A stretch of DNA of 27,640 nt from Methanomicrobiales archaeon. GTDB lineage: Archaea > Halobacteriota > Methanomicrobia > Methanomicrobiales > Methanospirillaceae. The notes beneath the pieces were generated by a model. That model was not told the origin of the DNA, made no database searches, and was given only the letters and a program-made list of their open reading frames with translations. Positions 1-8,852 of this stretch are shown here, one piece after another. The DNA lies in the NCBI GenBank assembly GCA_037137755.1, contig JBAXJR010000031.1:1-27640 (forward strand), written 5' to 3'. The translations under genes were made by a program, and so were the position numbers. Position 1 is the stretch's first letter; each line of letters opens with the position of its first letter.

Positions 1-1198
1 GGTGCGTCCTGCCATTATCGCCGGATATGAGTTCTTTGATATAGAGGCCTGCTTCGCCGGTCACCTCGATGACATACCGACCTTCCTCTGTACCTACATA
101 CTCGATATCAAGGACGCGACGTTCCCGGACCTTGTCAGCTCGCCTGTGAGCGACCCGTTCTGGGGTGCGCTGAAATATTGTGACTCCTGAAATAGTGGAG
201 AGCGCTAATGAGAGACTCTCAACCGTTACAGTACCGTCTACCTCGACCAGGATCCTGTATTTTTTATGCGCTTTGTTCGATTTAATGGTTTCTACGTCGT
301 CCCGCCCGCACCATCGTGACAACGTGACAGAAACTCTCCCCTGTGCAGATTCATTGATACGAGCTTCGAGCCCCGCAAGATCCATCGACCTCTTTTTGGG
401 GGATTCGATCTCGAGGATAAAGGGTCGCCCTGTACCTATCATCCGTGCATCAATGTCCTCCCTCCCCGAACCGTGCAGGACGGCCCCGGTACCACCGAGG
501 GCCTCTGCAGCCGGTCTTCCAATCAGTTCCTCCACGGAGTCCATGTACTGTTTCCCGGTGAAGTCACAGCGCTCACACCCGGCCCCACGACATTCCCTGC
601 AGTCCCAGTGAGTCTGAGGGATGCCCCGCTCGTATTTCATGTAGCGCCCGGCAACGAATACCGGGTGGACCTTAAGTTCCACCACATCACCTGACAGGTC
701 GAGGATGAAAACGATATCCGGGTGGATGAGGTCTGCTTTTTTTCCTGTCAGCTTGCCGATTTGTTTCCCGACTTCCCGGTTCATTTCTGATTTAAGGGGT
801 TCGGGATCAGCCAGGGAGAGATCACTCCAGACCATCTCTTCACTCTCTGCAATGAGGGGTGGGACTCTTGTACCAACAAGGAATGTTGAAAACTCAATAC
901 CTGAAACGGTCTCAACAGCCCGCGCTGCCCATTCACCAATTCGGCGGAACTCGTTATTGCAGATCCAGCAGTTTCCTTCCGCCTCGGCATAGGGGACATT
1001 CGTATGAAGGGCAAGGGCAACCCGCAGTCCACGGCCACGTGCTTCGTTGGTAATCCCGAATGAACGTTTTCCGAAAAATCGACCGAGACAGTGGTCACAT
1101 ATCCCCCCATATCCGAGGATTTCCCCCGTTTTTTCTAATAGCGCCAGCCCTGCGGGTGGAACAGTGCTACACTTGTCCGCATTTTCTCCTTCATTCAT
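1..1198 (-). CDS. pus10: tRNA pseudouridine(54/55) synthase Pus10, 3' end beyond the window edge
   Basis: Not in the ORF track because there is no stop inside the window. Manual translation from ATG 1198 gives ICDHCLGR, CWIC, AGRYMKYERGIPQTHW, HGSGREDIDARMIGTGRPF (catalytic motif), QRTPERVAHRR and GLYIKELISGDNGRT. Confidence 0.95.
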   Translation of the reverse strand, partial: MNEGENADKCSTVPPAGLALLEKTGEILGYGGICDHCLGRFFGKRSFGITNEARGRGLRVALALHTNVPYAEAEGNCWICNNEFRRIGEWAARAVETVSGIEFSTFLVGTRVPPLIAESEEMVWSDLSLADPEPLKSEMNREVGKQIGKLTGKKADLIHPDIVFILDLSGDVVELKVHPVFVAGRYMKYERGIPQTHWDCRECRGAGCERCDFTGKQYMDSVEELIGRPAAEALGGTGAVLHGSGREDIDARMIGTGRPFILEIESPKKRSMDLAGLEARINESAQGRVSVTLSRWCGRDDVETIKSNKAHKKYRILVEVDGTVTVESLSLALSTISGVTIFQRTPERVAHRRADKVRERRVLDIEYVGTEEGRYVIEVTGEAGLYIKELISGDNGRTH

Positions 1199-1393
1199 TT
1201 CAATGTATCTCCAGGTACTGGATGCACCAGTGTGATGGCAGGATTATTGATAATCCAGATTGGTTCGCTATACTGAATTGTCGTATATTGTAATAAGAGA
1301 ATGGAGCCCGGCAACCCTGAAATACTATCACCTGTTAAAGATGGGGATACAACCTGACCCGGTTTTAAAATTCGAACGTGACTCATCTGTGAC

Positions 1394-1484
1394 GGGCGGG
1401 AAAACGCTTTGGACATCTCAGTTTGGGAATTATCCGGTTCTTAATGGAGGTGATCCAGAGAGGGGAGAAATCCCCAACCTGCCC
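1394..1484 (+). ncRNA. Candidate structured small RNA (three-way junction), unknown family
   Basis: 7-bp closing stem 1394-1400/1478-1484; ~22-bp hairpin 1407-1460; 5-bp stem with GAAA tetraloop 1462-1475; six G-U pairs favour the + strand; TTTTAAAA at 1363-1370 upstream and T5 at 1503-1507 downstream. Confidence 0.45.
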
Positions 1485-1575
1485 CTGGTATTTCCTAATC
1501 GATTTTTGCGTCACCCGGAGGTAACGAAAACACTATGTGAAAAATTAGCCGTTATCAGGGAAAATTCGAAAAATA

Positions 1576-2151
1576 TTATTGTCCCGCACTCCGGCGGTCA
1601 AGCACATTAAGCAGCACGGTAATGGTATGGTCTGCGTGGAGAACCTTCGGACCAACGCTATATTTCGGGCAACTGCAGGTTATTTCCAGCTCTTCGGGCG
1701 TGAAATTCAGGTGGTCAGAAAGGATAAATGCTTCCGGTATTTGGTTCGCGGTTGCAATATCATCCCCACCTTCATCAAGCACCGCAAATGCATGCTCCTG
1801 CAGGAGCCGTGAAAGGCCGCCGCGCCGCACGAATATGCCCCTTGTTGATTCACGAAACTCCGCACCCACCGGGATTTCGAGCGCCTTTTTTATCAGGGCA
1901 CCGGCACTCCGTTCGTCAGGGTTTAAGGAACGGACCTTTTCCCCGGAGAACATAATGGTCTTTGGTGCGTCACTACCGCCGAGAAGGACAAGATAGACCG
2001 TGACATCTCTCCGAAGGTCATGAGAGAGAAACAGGGAGGTATTCACCGACCGACAGAGGACGTCCATCCTGCCAGCGCCACCCGGCATATCGTTGAGGTT
2101 AAAGCCTCCCGTGGTAGCCGCGAGGTGGCCGATGATCGCAAAAATAGTCAT
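1576..2151 (-). CDS. trmY: tRNA (pseudouridine54-N1)-methyltransferase TrmY (SPOUT fold)
   Basis: LNDMPGGAGRMDVLCR, SHDLRRDV, LNPDERS, FILSDH and SVGPKVLHADH motifs. Start placed at ATG 2151, just after the srp54 stop. Confidence 0.95.
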   Translation of the reverse strand: MTIFAIIGHLAATTGGFNLNDMPGGAGRMDVLCRSVNTSLFLSHDLRRDVTVYLVLLGGSDAPKTIMFSGEKVRSLNPDERSAGALIKKALEIPVGAEFRESTRGIFVRRGGLSRLLQEHAFAVLDEGGDDIATANQIPEAFILSDHLNFTPEELEITCSCPKYSVGPKVLHADHTITVLLNVLDRRSAGQ

Positions 2152-2155
2152 TGGC

Positions 2156-3472
2156 TTACCCACTAAAACGCTTCATCATGCGCTGCATATCGAATTTTCC
2201 GCCACCACCGCGGACACCCTTAAGCGCACGTTTCATCATTTTGTAATACTTGATTAATTCCCTTACTTCTTCAGGTGACGCACCGGCACCATGCGCCACC
2301 CGCTGGATCCGTGAAGAGCTGATCAAGGTGGGGTCATCAAGCTCGGCCCCGGTCATCGAATCCATGATGATCCGGTAGCGGTTCATCTTGGTGCTGGTGA
2401 CATCATAGACCCCTTCCGGGACCTTCATATTCCCGAGCGGAAGCATGCTCATGATCTGCTTGAGGGGCCCCATTTTATTGAGTGATTCCAACTGCTGGTA
2501 CATATCGCGGAGAGTAAATTTCCCGCGCATCATTGCATTGACATCAATATCACTGGAAGCAATCGTCTCTTCAGCCCTCTCCACGAGTGCTTTCAAGTCA
2601 CCCATGCCGAGGAGCCGGGAGATGAACCCGTCAGGATCAAACCGTTCGAGGTCATCAATCGTCTCGCCACTACCGATGAAGACGATCCCACTCTTGGTCT
2701 CTGAAACGGCAGAAAGTGCCCCGCCCCCTTTTGCAGTCCCGTCCATCTTGGTAATTATCACGCCATCGATTGCAATCGCTTCATGGAACCGACGCGCCTG
2801 CTCGCTTGCCTGCTGGCCGAGTGCCGCATCGATCACAAGCCACCGGTGGGTCGCTTTTGAGATCGTATTGATATCGATGATCTCCTGTATCAGGTCATTT
2901 TCGAGCGCATGACGGCCTTGGGTATCGATGATAATGACCTCAAGACCTGACATGGAGGGGAGACCCTCCCGGACAATCTTTAGCGCATCCGTTTCTTTCG
3001 GACCACCGAAGCAGGGGATGTTGATTTTCGCACAGAGTGTTGAGATCTGTTCGTAGGCACCCGGGCGGAACGTATCTGCGCAGATTACACCGACACGGAG
3101 TCCTTTCCGCTGGAAATAGCGTGCAAGTTTTGCGGTCGTCGTGGTTTTACCGCTTCCCTGCAGGCCTGCCATGAGAATTGTCTGGGCACCGAGTGTAACC
3201 TCGCCACCATCCCCCATCAGGTTCACAAGTTCCTGGTAAACGATCCGGAGGACATGCTCCCTGACATTTACCCCCTTCGGGAGTTCCTCATCAAGTGAAC
3301 GCCTCTTGATCGCGTTCGAGAGGCCCATGACCAGTTTGACATTGACATCTGACTGGAGGAGTGCCCGCTGGAGGTCCTTGACCAGCTCCTCGACAGCCGC
3401 GCGGTCTACAACCGTTTTCCCGGCGAGTTTTTTTAAGGCATCCTTTAACGAAGATCCAAGTTTGTCAAGCAT
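2156..3472 (-). CDS. srp54: Signal recognition particle protein SRP54
   Basis: [17 protein letters not shown] and [14 protein letters not shown] motifs, plus a Met-rich C-terminal M domain. Confidence 0.98.
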   Translation of the reverse strand: MLDKLGSSLKDALKKLAGKTVVDRAAVEELVKDLQRALLQSDVNVKLVMGLSNAIKRRSLDEELPKGVNVREHVLRIVYQELVNLMGDGGEVTLGAQTILMAGLQGSGKTTTTAKLARYFQRKGLRVGVICADTFRPGAYEQISTLCAKINIPCFGGPKETDALKIVREGLPSMSGLEVIIIDTQGRHALENDLIQEIIDINTISKATHRWLVIDAALGQQASEQARRFHEAIAIDGVIITKMDGTAKGGGALSAVSETKSGIVFIGSGETIDDLERFDPDGFISRLLGMGDLKALVERAEETIASSDIDVNAMMRGKFTLRDMYQQLESLNKMGPLKQIMSMLPLGNMKVPEGVYDVTSTKMNRYRIIMDSMTGAELDDPTLISSSRIQRVAHGAGASPEEVRELIKYYKMMKRALKGVRGGGGKFDMQRMMKRFSG

Positions 3473-4491
3473 CAGGCCACGTCCCCGAAGAGCTCTTCGA
3501 TCACCGTTTCGGGAGAGAACGGTGAGATATCATCATAACCCTGGCCGGTACCGAGAAACATCAGGGGTTTCCCGATGGTATGGGCTATCGAGATTGCCGC
3601 ACCACCGCGCGGGTCCATATCCGCCTTGGTAAGGACCACGGCATCTGCCCCGACCGTCTTATCAAATTCATCGGCACGGATGACCGCATCATTTCCCGCG
3701 ACCGCCTCATCGACATAGATGATAAGGTCTGGTTTCATTACCCTTCGTATCTTTTCCAGCTGGCTCATAAGGTTTGCGCGGTTGTGAAACCGGCCTGCAG
3801 TATCCGCAAGGACGACATCGAGTTTGTGGGCCACCGCATACTGGACCGTATCAAAAAGTACCGCAGAAGGGTCTGCCCCCTGCTGGTGTTGGATTATTTT
3901 TATCCCGATCCGCTGGGCATGCACATCGATCTGCTCAATCGCACCGGCCCGGAAGGTATCTCCTGCCCCAATTACAACAGAGAAACCGTTCTTCTTAAGA
4001 AAATACCCGATTTTTGCCACCGTGGTTGTCTTTCCGGTCCCGTTAACACCGGTAAAAAGGATCCTGACCGGGCGTTCATGGGTATTGATATAATTGATCA
4101 GGTCGAATCCCTGCCCCAGGACCACACCAAGGGCTTTTTTCAGGGCGGACAGGACAATCACATCAACAGGTTCACCGATCTTACGGCGTTTCCCGACCAG
4201 CTCTTTCTTTAAATTTGCAATAATTTCCTCGGTTACGGGAAATGCAACATCATTTTCAAGAAGAACAATTTCAAGTTCAGACAGCGCTTCACTGATGTCA
4301 GCTTCGCTGATGACCAGTTCGCGGTCGACAATAAGGACTTTTACCCGGTCGACAATCCCTGTACCGCCTGAAAGGCTCTTTTCTGCGGCAGGTGCATCTG
4401 CGGGTTGTGCCTCACGTATTTCAGCTTCGTTAATCCCGCTGTCCAGCTTGTTCCTGACATCTTTCAACCGGGATTTCAGTTTTTCGAACAT
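3472..4491 (-). CDS. ftsY: SRP receptor FtsY
   Basis: [25 protein letters not shown] and GTGQGYDD motifs. Start trimmed to MFEKLK (ATG 4491). TGATG overlap with srp54. Confidence 0.97.
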   Translation of the reverse strand: MFEKLKSRLKDVRNKLDSGINEAEIREAQPADAPAAEKSLSGGTGIVDRVKVLIVDRELVISEADISEALSELEIVLLENDVAFPVTEEIIANLKKELVGKRRKIGEPVDVIVLSALKKALGVVLGQGFDLINYINTHERPVRILFTGVNGTGKTTTVAKIGYFLKKNGFSVVIGAGDTFRAGAIEQIDVHAQRIGIKIIQHQQGADPSAVLFDTVQYAVAHKLDVVLADTAGRFHNRANLMSQLEKIRRVMKPDLIIYVDEAVAGNDAVIRADEFDKTVGADAVVLTKADMDPRGGAAISIAHTIGKPLMFLGTGQGYDDISPFSPETVIEELFGDVA

Positions 4492-4513
4492 ATTCCCGGG
4501 CTCCCGGCGGTAT

Positions 4514-4975
4514 TCAGCCCTGCCCAAACTGAGGTGCAGCTGCCTGGGCCTGCTGGTAACCTGCTTCAATACGGCGTGCGATCTCGTTCATCTGTGTCCT
4601 GATACGGTCGATTGTCTCTGCAACTTTCTTACCTGACGCTTCCATCTCGGTAATCCGGTCCTGCAGGTATTCGACAGCTTCAGGATTACTACGTTCTACA
4701 ACTACGTCAGACCCGATATTGAGGAGCACTTTATGTGGCTCAATAATCTTTGCCCTTACACTGGCGCCTCCGCCAAGCTGGAGCAGGACTACTTCCTCTT
4801 CAACAGATGCACCAACTGATTTGAGGGTCTCGATTGCGGCTATCGCTTCCATCCTCCCTTCATCAATCAGCTGGAGCTGCTGTGAGTAAATCTCCACCTG
4901 CTGGCCATACTCCTGGAGGTAGCGTTGAAGTGCCTGTAGTTCGCGCGGGTCGACGGGCTCCACGTTATTCACCAC
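4514..4975 (-). CDS. pfdA: Prefoldin subunit alpha
   Basis: Coiled coil / beta-hairpin / coiled coil pattern (LLQLGGG...VLLNIGSDVVVE) in its conserved position upstream of ftsY. GTG start at 4975 or 4972. Confidence 0.93.
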   Translation of the reverse strand: MVNNVEPVDPRELQALQRYLQEYGQQVEIYSQQLQLIDEGRMEAIAAIETLKSVGASVEEEVVLLQLGGGASVRAKIIEPHKVLLNIGSDVVVERSNPEAVEYLQDRITEMEASGKKVAETIDRIRTQMNEIARRIEAGYQQAQAAAPQFGQG

Positions 4976-5156
4976 GTGCAGTGTTAACGGACTCGATGGT
5001 GATATTTCTTCTTTTCAGGCGGTGTTTACTGCCAAAAACAGCAAAGGTCTGTTCCCGGGCCTGTGCCTCGTTCAGTGCATTAATTACTTTTGTGTACGGC
5101 TTCCAATCGTCGCCGATTTTGAAGGTGCCTTTCACCTCAAATGAATTTTTTTCCAT
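4965..5156 (-). CDS. rpl18a: 50S ribosomal protein L18Ae (LX/eL20)
   Basis: FEVKGTF...FGSKHRLKRRNITI signature; lies between eIF6 and pfdA. Confidence 0.93.
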   Translation of the reverse strand: MEKNSFEVKGTFKIGDDWKPYTKVINALNEAQAREQTFAVFGSKHRLKRRNITIESVNTARGE

Positions 5157-5159
5157 AAT

Positions 5160-5822
5160 TCACTCCAGAAATCCAAATACGTCTTCAATTCTCCCAAGCT
5201 CGAACCCGCTTGTCGCGTGCCCTGCAAGGTATCCATGCGCGTTTACCATAAGACCGGTCCCTACCAGCCCGGTACCCATGTTCACTGAACCAGTACCGAC
5301 AGGGATATCCACCGCGTCCTCAAGGCGCTGAATTTCAGCCCTCGTGCTTCGGGGGTGGACAATAATACCCTTATTGGTCGCCACTGCTGCCATCCCTACC
5401 GTCTTGATCCCGCCAAACGTAATTTTTATCACGGGTACTTCAAGGGCGGCCCCGATCTCTTTTACCATATCGGATGGCATATCGGGGTGAACTGCTGCAA
5501 ACGAATCATTCGCAAGCACCACGTTACCTGCCGCATTCATGGTGTGTTTGAGGGTGACAACATCCCGGTACTTTGCAAGCTTATCACACTCTTCCTCGGT
5601 AACGAGTCCACTTACAATAAAGGCGCGGCTGTTCCCGGCAAGAAGCGAACCGATGATCGGGCTTCCCTGGATCGTGGTCTCAAGCAGGTCCACGGATAAG
5701 GCCTTTGAAATCTGGGCCCTTAATTCTTCGGGGGTCTCGGGAGGGATCACTGCAACATCATCAAATACCCTCATGAAAACCCCGATATTGGAGTCGCCTG
5801 CAAATGAGACCGTTCGTTCCAT
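5160..5822 (-). CDS. eif6: Translation initiation factor 6 (aIF6)
   Basis: [28 protein letters not shown] and [14 protein letters not shown] motifs. Confidence 0.96.
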   Translation of the reverse strand: MERTVSFAGDSNIGVFMRVFDDVAVIPPETPEELRAQISKALSVDLLETTIQGSPIIGSLLAGNSRAFIVSGLVTEEECDKLAKYRDVVTLKHTMNAAGNVVLANDSFAAVHPDMPSDMVKEIGAALEVPVIKITFGGIKTVGMAAVATNKGIIVHPRSTRAEIQRLEDAVDIPVGTGSVNMGTGLVGTGLMVNAHGYLAGHATSGFELGRIEDVFGFLE

Positions 5823-5823
5823 C

Positions 5824-6087
5824 TTACTCACCGGCGAACTCTGCCTGGACCTGTCCGTCCTCGAACTTCATCGCGCGGACACGGATCTTTGCCGGGGGTT
5901 TCTCACTGCCCCGTGACCAGACATGTTCATTAATCGTCTTATCCAGTTTAACATCCTCACTTTTCATATGCTTTATGAGGTAGGTCCGGATGTCCTTGAT
6001 TGCGGTATTTGCCCGTTTCCAGCGTGGTGAGCGCTTCACATCACGCAGTGGAATAATATAGATATGCTCCAGCATCTTGTCTGCCAT
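5824..6087 (-). CDS. rpl31e: 50S ribosomal protein L31e
   Basis: IYIIPLR...RWKRANTAI...[15 protein letters not shown]. Confidence 0.97.
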   Translation of the reverse strand: MADKMLEHIYIIPLRDVKRSPRWKRANTAIKDIRTYLIKHMKSEDVKLDKTINEHVWSRGSEKPPAKIRVRAMKFEDGQVQAEFAGE

Positions 6088-6091
6088 AGTT

Positions 6092-6244
6092 CTACACCTT
6101 TAAAGTACTTCTTCTCCAGTTCCGGCGTTTCGGGTGAGACACCACGTTACGCTTTGTCCTGATCATCACCCACTGGGGTACGCGGCGGTTCTGATCGCAC
6201 GCTTTTGCCAGCCGGATCTTACGACCTTTTGATAATTTGCTCAT
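6092..6244 (-). CDS. rpl39e: 50S ribosomal protein L39e (50 aa)
   Basis: Absent from the ORF track (too short). Manual translation: [50 protein letters not shown]. Confidence 0.97.
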   Translation of the reverse strand: MSKLSKGRKIRLAKACDQNRRVPQWVMIRTKRNVVSHPKRRNWRRSTLKV

Positions 6245-6246
6245 AC

Positions 6247-6843
6247 TCATTCACCTTCTGATTTTTTTTTTATAACAAGGGATTGCTCATGATGCCCGGG
6301 GAAGAGTATTCCCGTGTCATAGCCCTTTGCCCTTACTTCCGCCCTGATCTCCCGTTCATAGTCCCCGTTCCCGATGGTCCCGGTCTCTCCGTGGGATACC
6401 ACAAGGAACCTCGTGACAAGCCGGTCAACCTCTGCTTTCGGGTATCCGAGCAGGGGCCGCAGATACGAGCACCCATACCGGTTCCAGAGCCGTTGCACTT
6501 CTGACCTGGGAAGCTTCGGGACACGGTCATTGAATCTCGTGCCATCAGCAACAACCTGGTACTCCTGTGCGAGCGCGGTAACCGCACTGAGGTGCACCAT
6601 ATTGATCGCATCGTTTGGGAAACCGCAGGCGATAACCATATCCGCAGCGCGCGAGAGGAGTCCCGGCCCGAATTCCCTGGTCAGGAGAGGGAACCCGAGC
6701 GCTTCAGCGGCGGCAGTTACCTCACCTGCCTCCTTACCGGAACCAAAGTGGAACCTGATCAGTTCAACTTCATAATCCCGGGAGAGAAGGATTGCCGCAA
6801 GTGCACTATCTTTTCCACCGGAAAAGAGCACCGCTGCGTTCAT
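6247..6843 (-). CDS. Adenine nucleotide alpha-hydrolase (PP-loop) family protein
   Basis: [10 protein letters not shown]-loop plus [17 protein letters not shown] and NGDYERE motifs; conserved archaeal neighbour of rpl39e. Confidence 0.88.
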   Translation of the reverse strand: MNAAVLFSGGKDSALAAILLSRDYEVELIRFHFGSGKEAGEVTAAAEALGFPLLTREFGPGLLSRAADMVIACGFPNDAINMVHLSAVTALAQEYQVVADGTRFNDRVPKLPRSEVQRLWNRYGCSYLRPLLGYPKAEVDRLVTRFLVVSHGETGTIGNGDYEREIRAEVRAKGYDTGILFPGHHEQSLVIKKKSEGE

Positions 6844-7172
6844 CCTTTCCGTGAGATCCTGAACTCCTTTTTCTTCGGAGTAAGCTGGAGGAGTAGTTCC
6901 TTCAGTTGCTGGTCGGTGATTTTCGATTTTAAGCGGCCACTCTGGGCGAGGAGGACAAGCTGTTGCTCGACTGCCTTTGCAAAGTCAGGTTTGGTAATTT
7001 TAATGGTATTCAAACGTTCCCTTGCATCAGGCTCCATGATCTGCATGAGTACCATGTGGATCTGCGTTTCAACCTGTCGTTGACGTTCCAGCTCCTCATT
7101 CTGGTCACTCTGCTGCTGTTGCACCTGTGCCATGCGCCTTCTGCGGATATCAGCCAGCTCGTCGTCACCCAT
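6840..7172 (-). CDS. PDCD5-like double-stranded DNA-binding protein
   Basis: [11 protein letters not shown]...[23 protein letters not shown]...[11 protein letters not shown]. Confidence 0.93.
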   Translation of the reverse strand: MGDDELADIRRRRMAQVQQQQSDQNEELERQRQVETQIHMVLMQIMEPDARERLNTIKITKPDFAKAVEQQLVLLAQSGRLKSKITDQQLKELLLQLTPKKKEFRISRKG

Positions 7173-7186
7173 GGAGTTTATGCCCC

Positions 7187-7636
7187 TTAATATTTCGCGA
7201 GTTCGGGGGTTACCCCGACTACATCCTGCTTGAGGCTCATTGCCACACCGTCGAGGAACGAAGCCCCGGCTGGTGAAACACGCCGCCCTGCCTTTTCATG
7301 GAGTACATACCCTGCTGCTTCGAGCTGCTGGAATGCTTTCCTTAGTACTGAACCGCTCCCCTTGCGGAACTGGCTGGGTTTTGAGCCCCGGTTCCTTTTT
7401 CCGCCATAGAAGCTTCTCATTCTTTCGACACCAACCGGGCCGTCGACGTAAACCCGCCGGAGAACGGCCGCGGTCCTGACGAACCACCAGTCGGGGTCCT
7501 GCGGGGGTTGCTCTTTGTGCACCCCGGTCTTTGCAAATTCTGCCCATTCCGGTGGGGTGAACTCCGGACGTTTTTTCATCTCCTCAGCCACCCTCCTGAT
7601 CAACAGGTCAGCCGGGATATCATATACTGTTGTCAT
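7187..7636 (-). CDS. rps19e: 30S ribosomal protein S19e
   Basis: [33 protein letters not shown] and KGSGS motifs; GAGGT SD upstream. Confidence 0.98.
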   Translation of the reverse strand: MTTVYDIPADLLIRRVAEEMKKRPEFTPPEWAEFAKTGVHKEQPPQDPDWWFVRTAAVLRRVYVDGPVGVERMRSFYGGKRNRGSKPSQFRKGSGSVLRKAFQQLEAAGYVLHEKAGRRVSPAGASFLDGVAMSLKQDVVGVTPELAKY

Positions 7637-7694
7637 TGTAAGACCTCACTGTCACCATATAGATATAACAGTCTTTACTTATTTGTTCAATACA

Positions 7695-7702
7695 TTTTTA
7701 TA
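7695..7702 (-). promoter_or_regulatory. Putative TATA box for the rps19e operon
   Basis: TATAAAAA on the minus strand in an AT-rich spacer about 60 nt upstream of the rps19e ATG. Confidence 0.5.
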
Positions 7703-7757
7703 CATTTCGAGCAACCCTGAAAAAATCAGGCTCTAACGGAGAATATTTTTTAGAAAA

Positions 7758-8150
7758 TCATAATCTACGCCGTTCTTCGAGGATGAGTGTCCTGCCCCGT
7801 ACCTGGATAAGGCGTGCACCGGCAGAACGTGCCAGTTCTTCAGGAGATACTTCTGAATTCTGGAGCCATTTCACCTTGATGGTCTTTCTCGTTTTGAGCT
7901 GGGCAATCACTTCAGAAATAATTGGTTCTGTGCACCCCTGCTTTCCTATCCATACGGTTGGTTTCAGGTCCTGCATGAGATTACCACTGCTCTTTGACAT
8001 CGAACGCGTTGTCACCGGGGGGTTGCGACCTCTTCCGGGTGATTTCTCTCCGTCTTTCCGCCTTGTACCTGTCATGCTCCTGGATGACCTTATCCGGGGC
8101 CTTACTGCGTGGGAATCCACACGCTTCTTATTTCCACTATACTGACTCAT
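7758..8150 (-). CDS. YhbY/CRM-domain RNA-binding protein (start uncertain: 8150 or 8000)
   Basis: LKPTVWIGKQG...IKVKWL...LIQVRGRTLIL CRM signature; adjacent to rnp4. Confidence 0.88.
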   Translation of the reverse strand: MSQYSGNKKRVDSHAVRPRIRSSRSMTGTRRKDGEKSPGRGRNPPVTTRSMSKSSGNLMQDLKPTVWIGKQGCTEPIISEVIAQLKTRKTIKVKWLQNSEVSPEELARSAGARLIQVRGRTLILEERRRL

Positions 8151-8460
8151 GTGACCTCCCGGTTGGGATGCGTGACTGCCTGTGGCAGTAGAAACAGGTA
8201 ATCACTACGTTCCCTTTCCGGATTCTTACTCTCATCGTGACCCCGGGAACATGGAACCGGTAGCAATGCGGACAGATTTTTCGCTTGTGCTGCCATTCAA
8301 GGCCCACACGCTGGCGCATCGCTATCTTTCTGGCAAGAACAACACACCGGTCACTCCAGTCCGGGTTCTCGGGAAAAAACTCCTCGGCCCGCTGGAACAG
8401 TACCGCGATACGTTCACGCGCCAGGCGTTTAATCTCACCGTTTTTCGATCTTCCTGCCAT
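8137..8460 (-). CDS. rnp4: RNase P protein component 4 (Rpp21)
   Basis: LARERIAVLF, LARKIAMRQRV and zinc ligands CPHC and CFYC. Alternative ATG at 8472. Confidence 0.94.
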   Translation of the reverse strand: MAGRSKNGEIKRLARERIAVLFQRAEEFFPENPDWSDRCVVLARKIAMRQRVGLEWQHKRKICPHCYRFHVPGVTMRVRIRKGNVVITCFYCHRQSRIPTGRSHESV

Positions 8461-8571
8461 CCGGCCCTCCATGGGGCTTAACGTGTCTGCTTAATGTACG
8501 CCCTTCGTATATGATATACCCGCTGACAGTACCTCGTACATGGTGACTGGTTCCACGTAGTGAAATTACAT

Positions 8572-8819
8572 CCAATTCCTGTCAATCCGGAGAATTGGTT
8601 ACGATAGTTCAGAATTAACCAGATTCTATGAAGACACATTAAAAGGCGTCCTGAACCGAACCTTCCGGGGCTCAACCCCTTTCCGACTCGGAAGTTCTGG
8701 TGAACCCTTGTCCAAAGAATATCTTTCAGGGAGGGGGTAAAACCCCCCCTATCTCATGTAACTCCTTTTTTGATACAACGCCGGATGTCAACACCGCGAA
8801 AATACATCAATGATTTTCG
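8572..8819. repeat. Cluster of short inverted repeats/hairpins in the rnp4-purN spacer
   Basis: CCAATTC/GAATTGG (8572-8598); TGGTTA/TAACCA (8596-8621); imperfect ACCGAACCTTCCG/CGGAAGTTCTGGT (8655-8701); GGGGGT-AAA-ACCCCC (8733-8747); CGAAAAT/ATTTTCG (8797-8819). Confidence 0.5.
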
Positions 8820-8852
8820 GATAAATTTAAAAATTAACAAAAAACCGAAGAC

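Noticed and set aside
1232-1276. Possible box C/D sRNA (GTGATGG...CTGA)
   Set aside because: Imperfect C box, no convincing D'/C' pair and no recognisable guide target.
1195-1416. 73-aa minus-strand ORF ending in an ATGA overlap with pus10
   Set aside because: The overlap is suggestive, but the sequence has no family features or SD. It cannot be supported without homologs.
1430-1490. Resemblance to a group II intron domain V/VI end (TCCGGTTCTT...GGAGG), a tRNA or a hammerhead ribozyme
   Set aside because: No AGC catalytic triad or domain V 5' strand, no TTCRA T-loop or anticodon arm, and no CUGANGA core.
1260-1610. 116-aa + strand ORF in the trmY-pus10 spacer
   Set aside because: No recognisable motif, weak TTG start and overlap with the trmY end. 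The region is better explained by RNA structure.
2445-4636. Long + strand ORFs antisense to srp54/ftsY, and similar ones opposite ychF, the DUF92 gene and valS
   Set aside because: These are shadow ORFs of well-conserved genes with no independent protein signature.
8655-8701. Possible SRP RNA or RNase P RNA, given the nearby srp54 and rnp4 genes
   Set aside because: Only a partial CCCGGAAGG resemblance; the SRP helix 8 internal-loop consensus and RNase P P4 motifs are absent.
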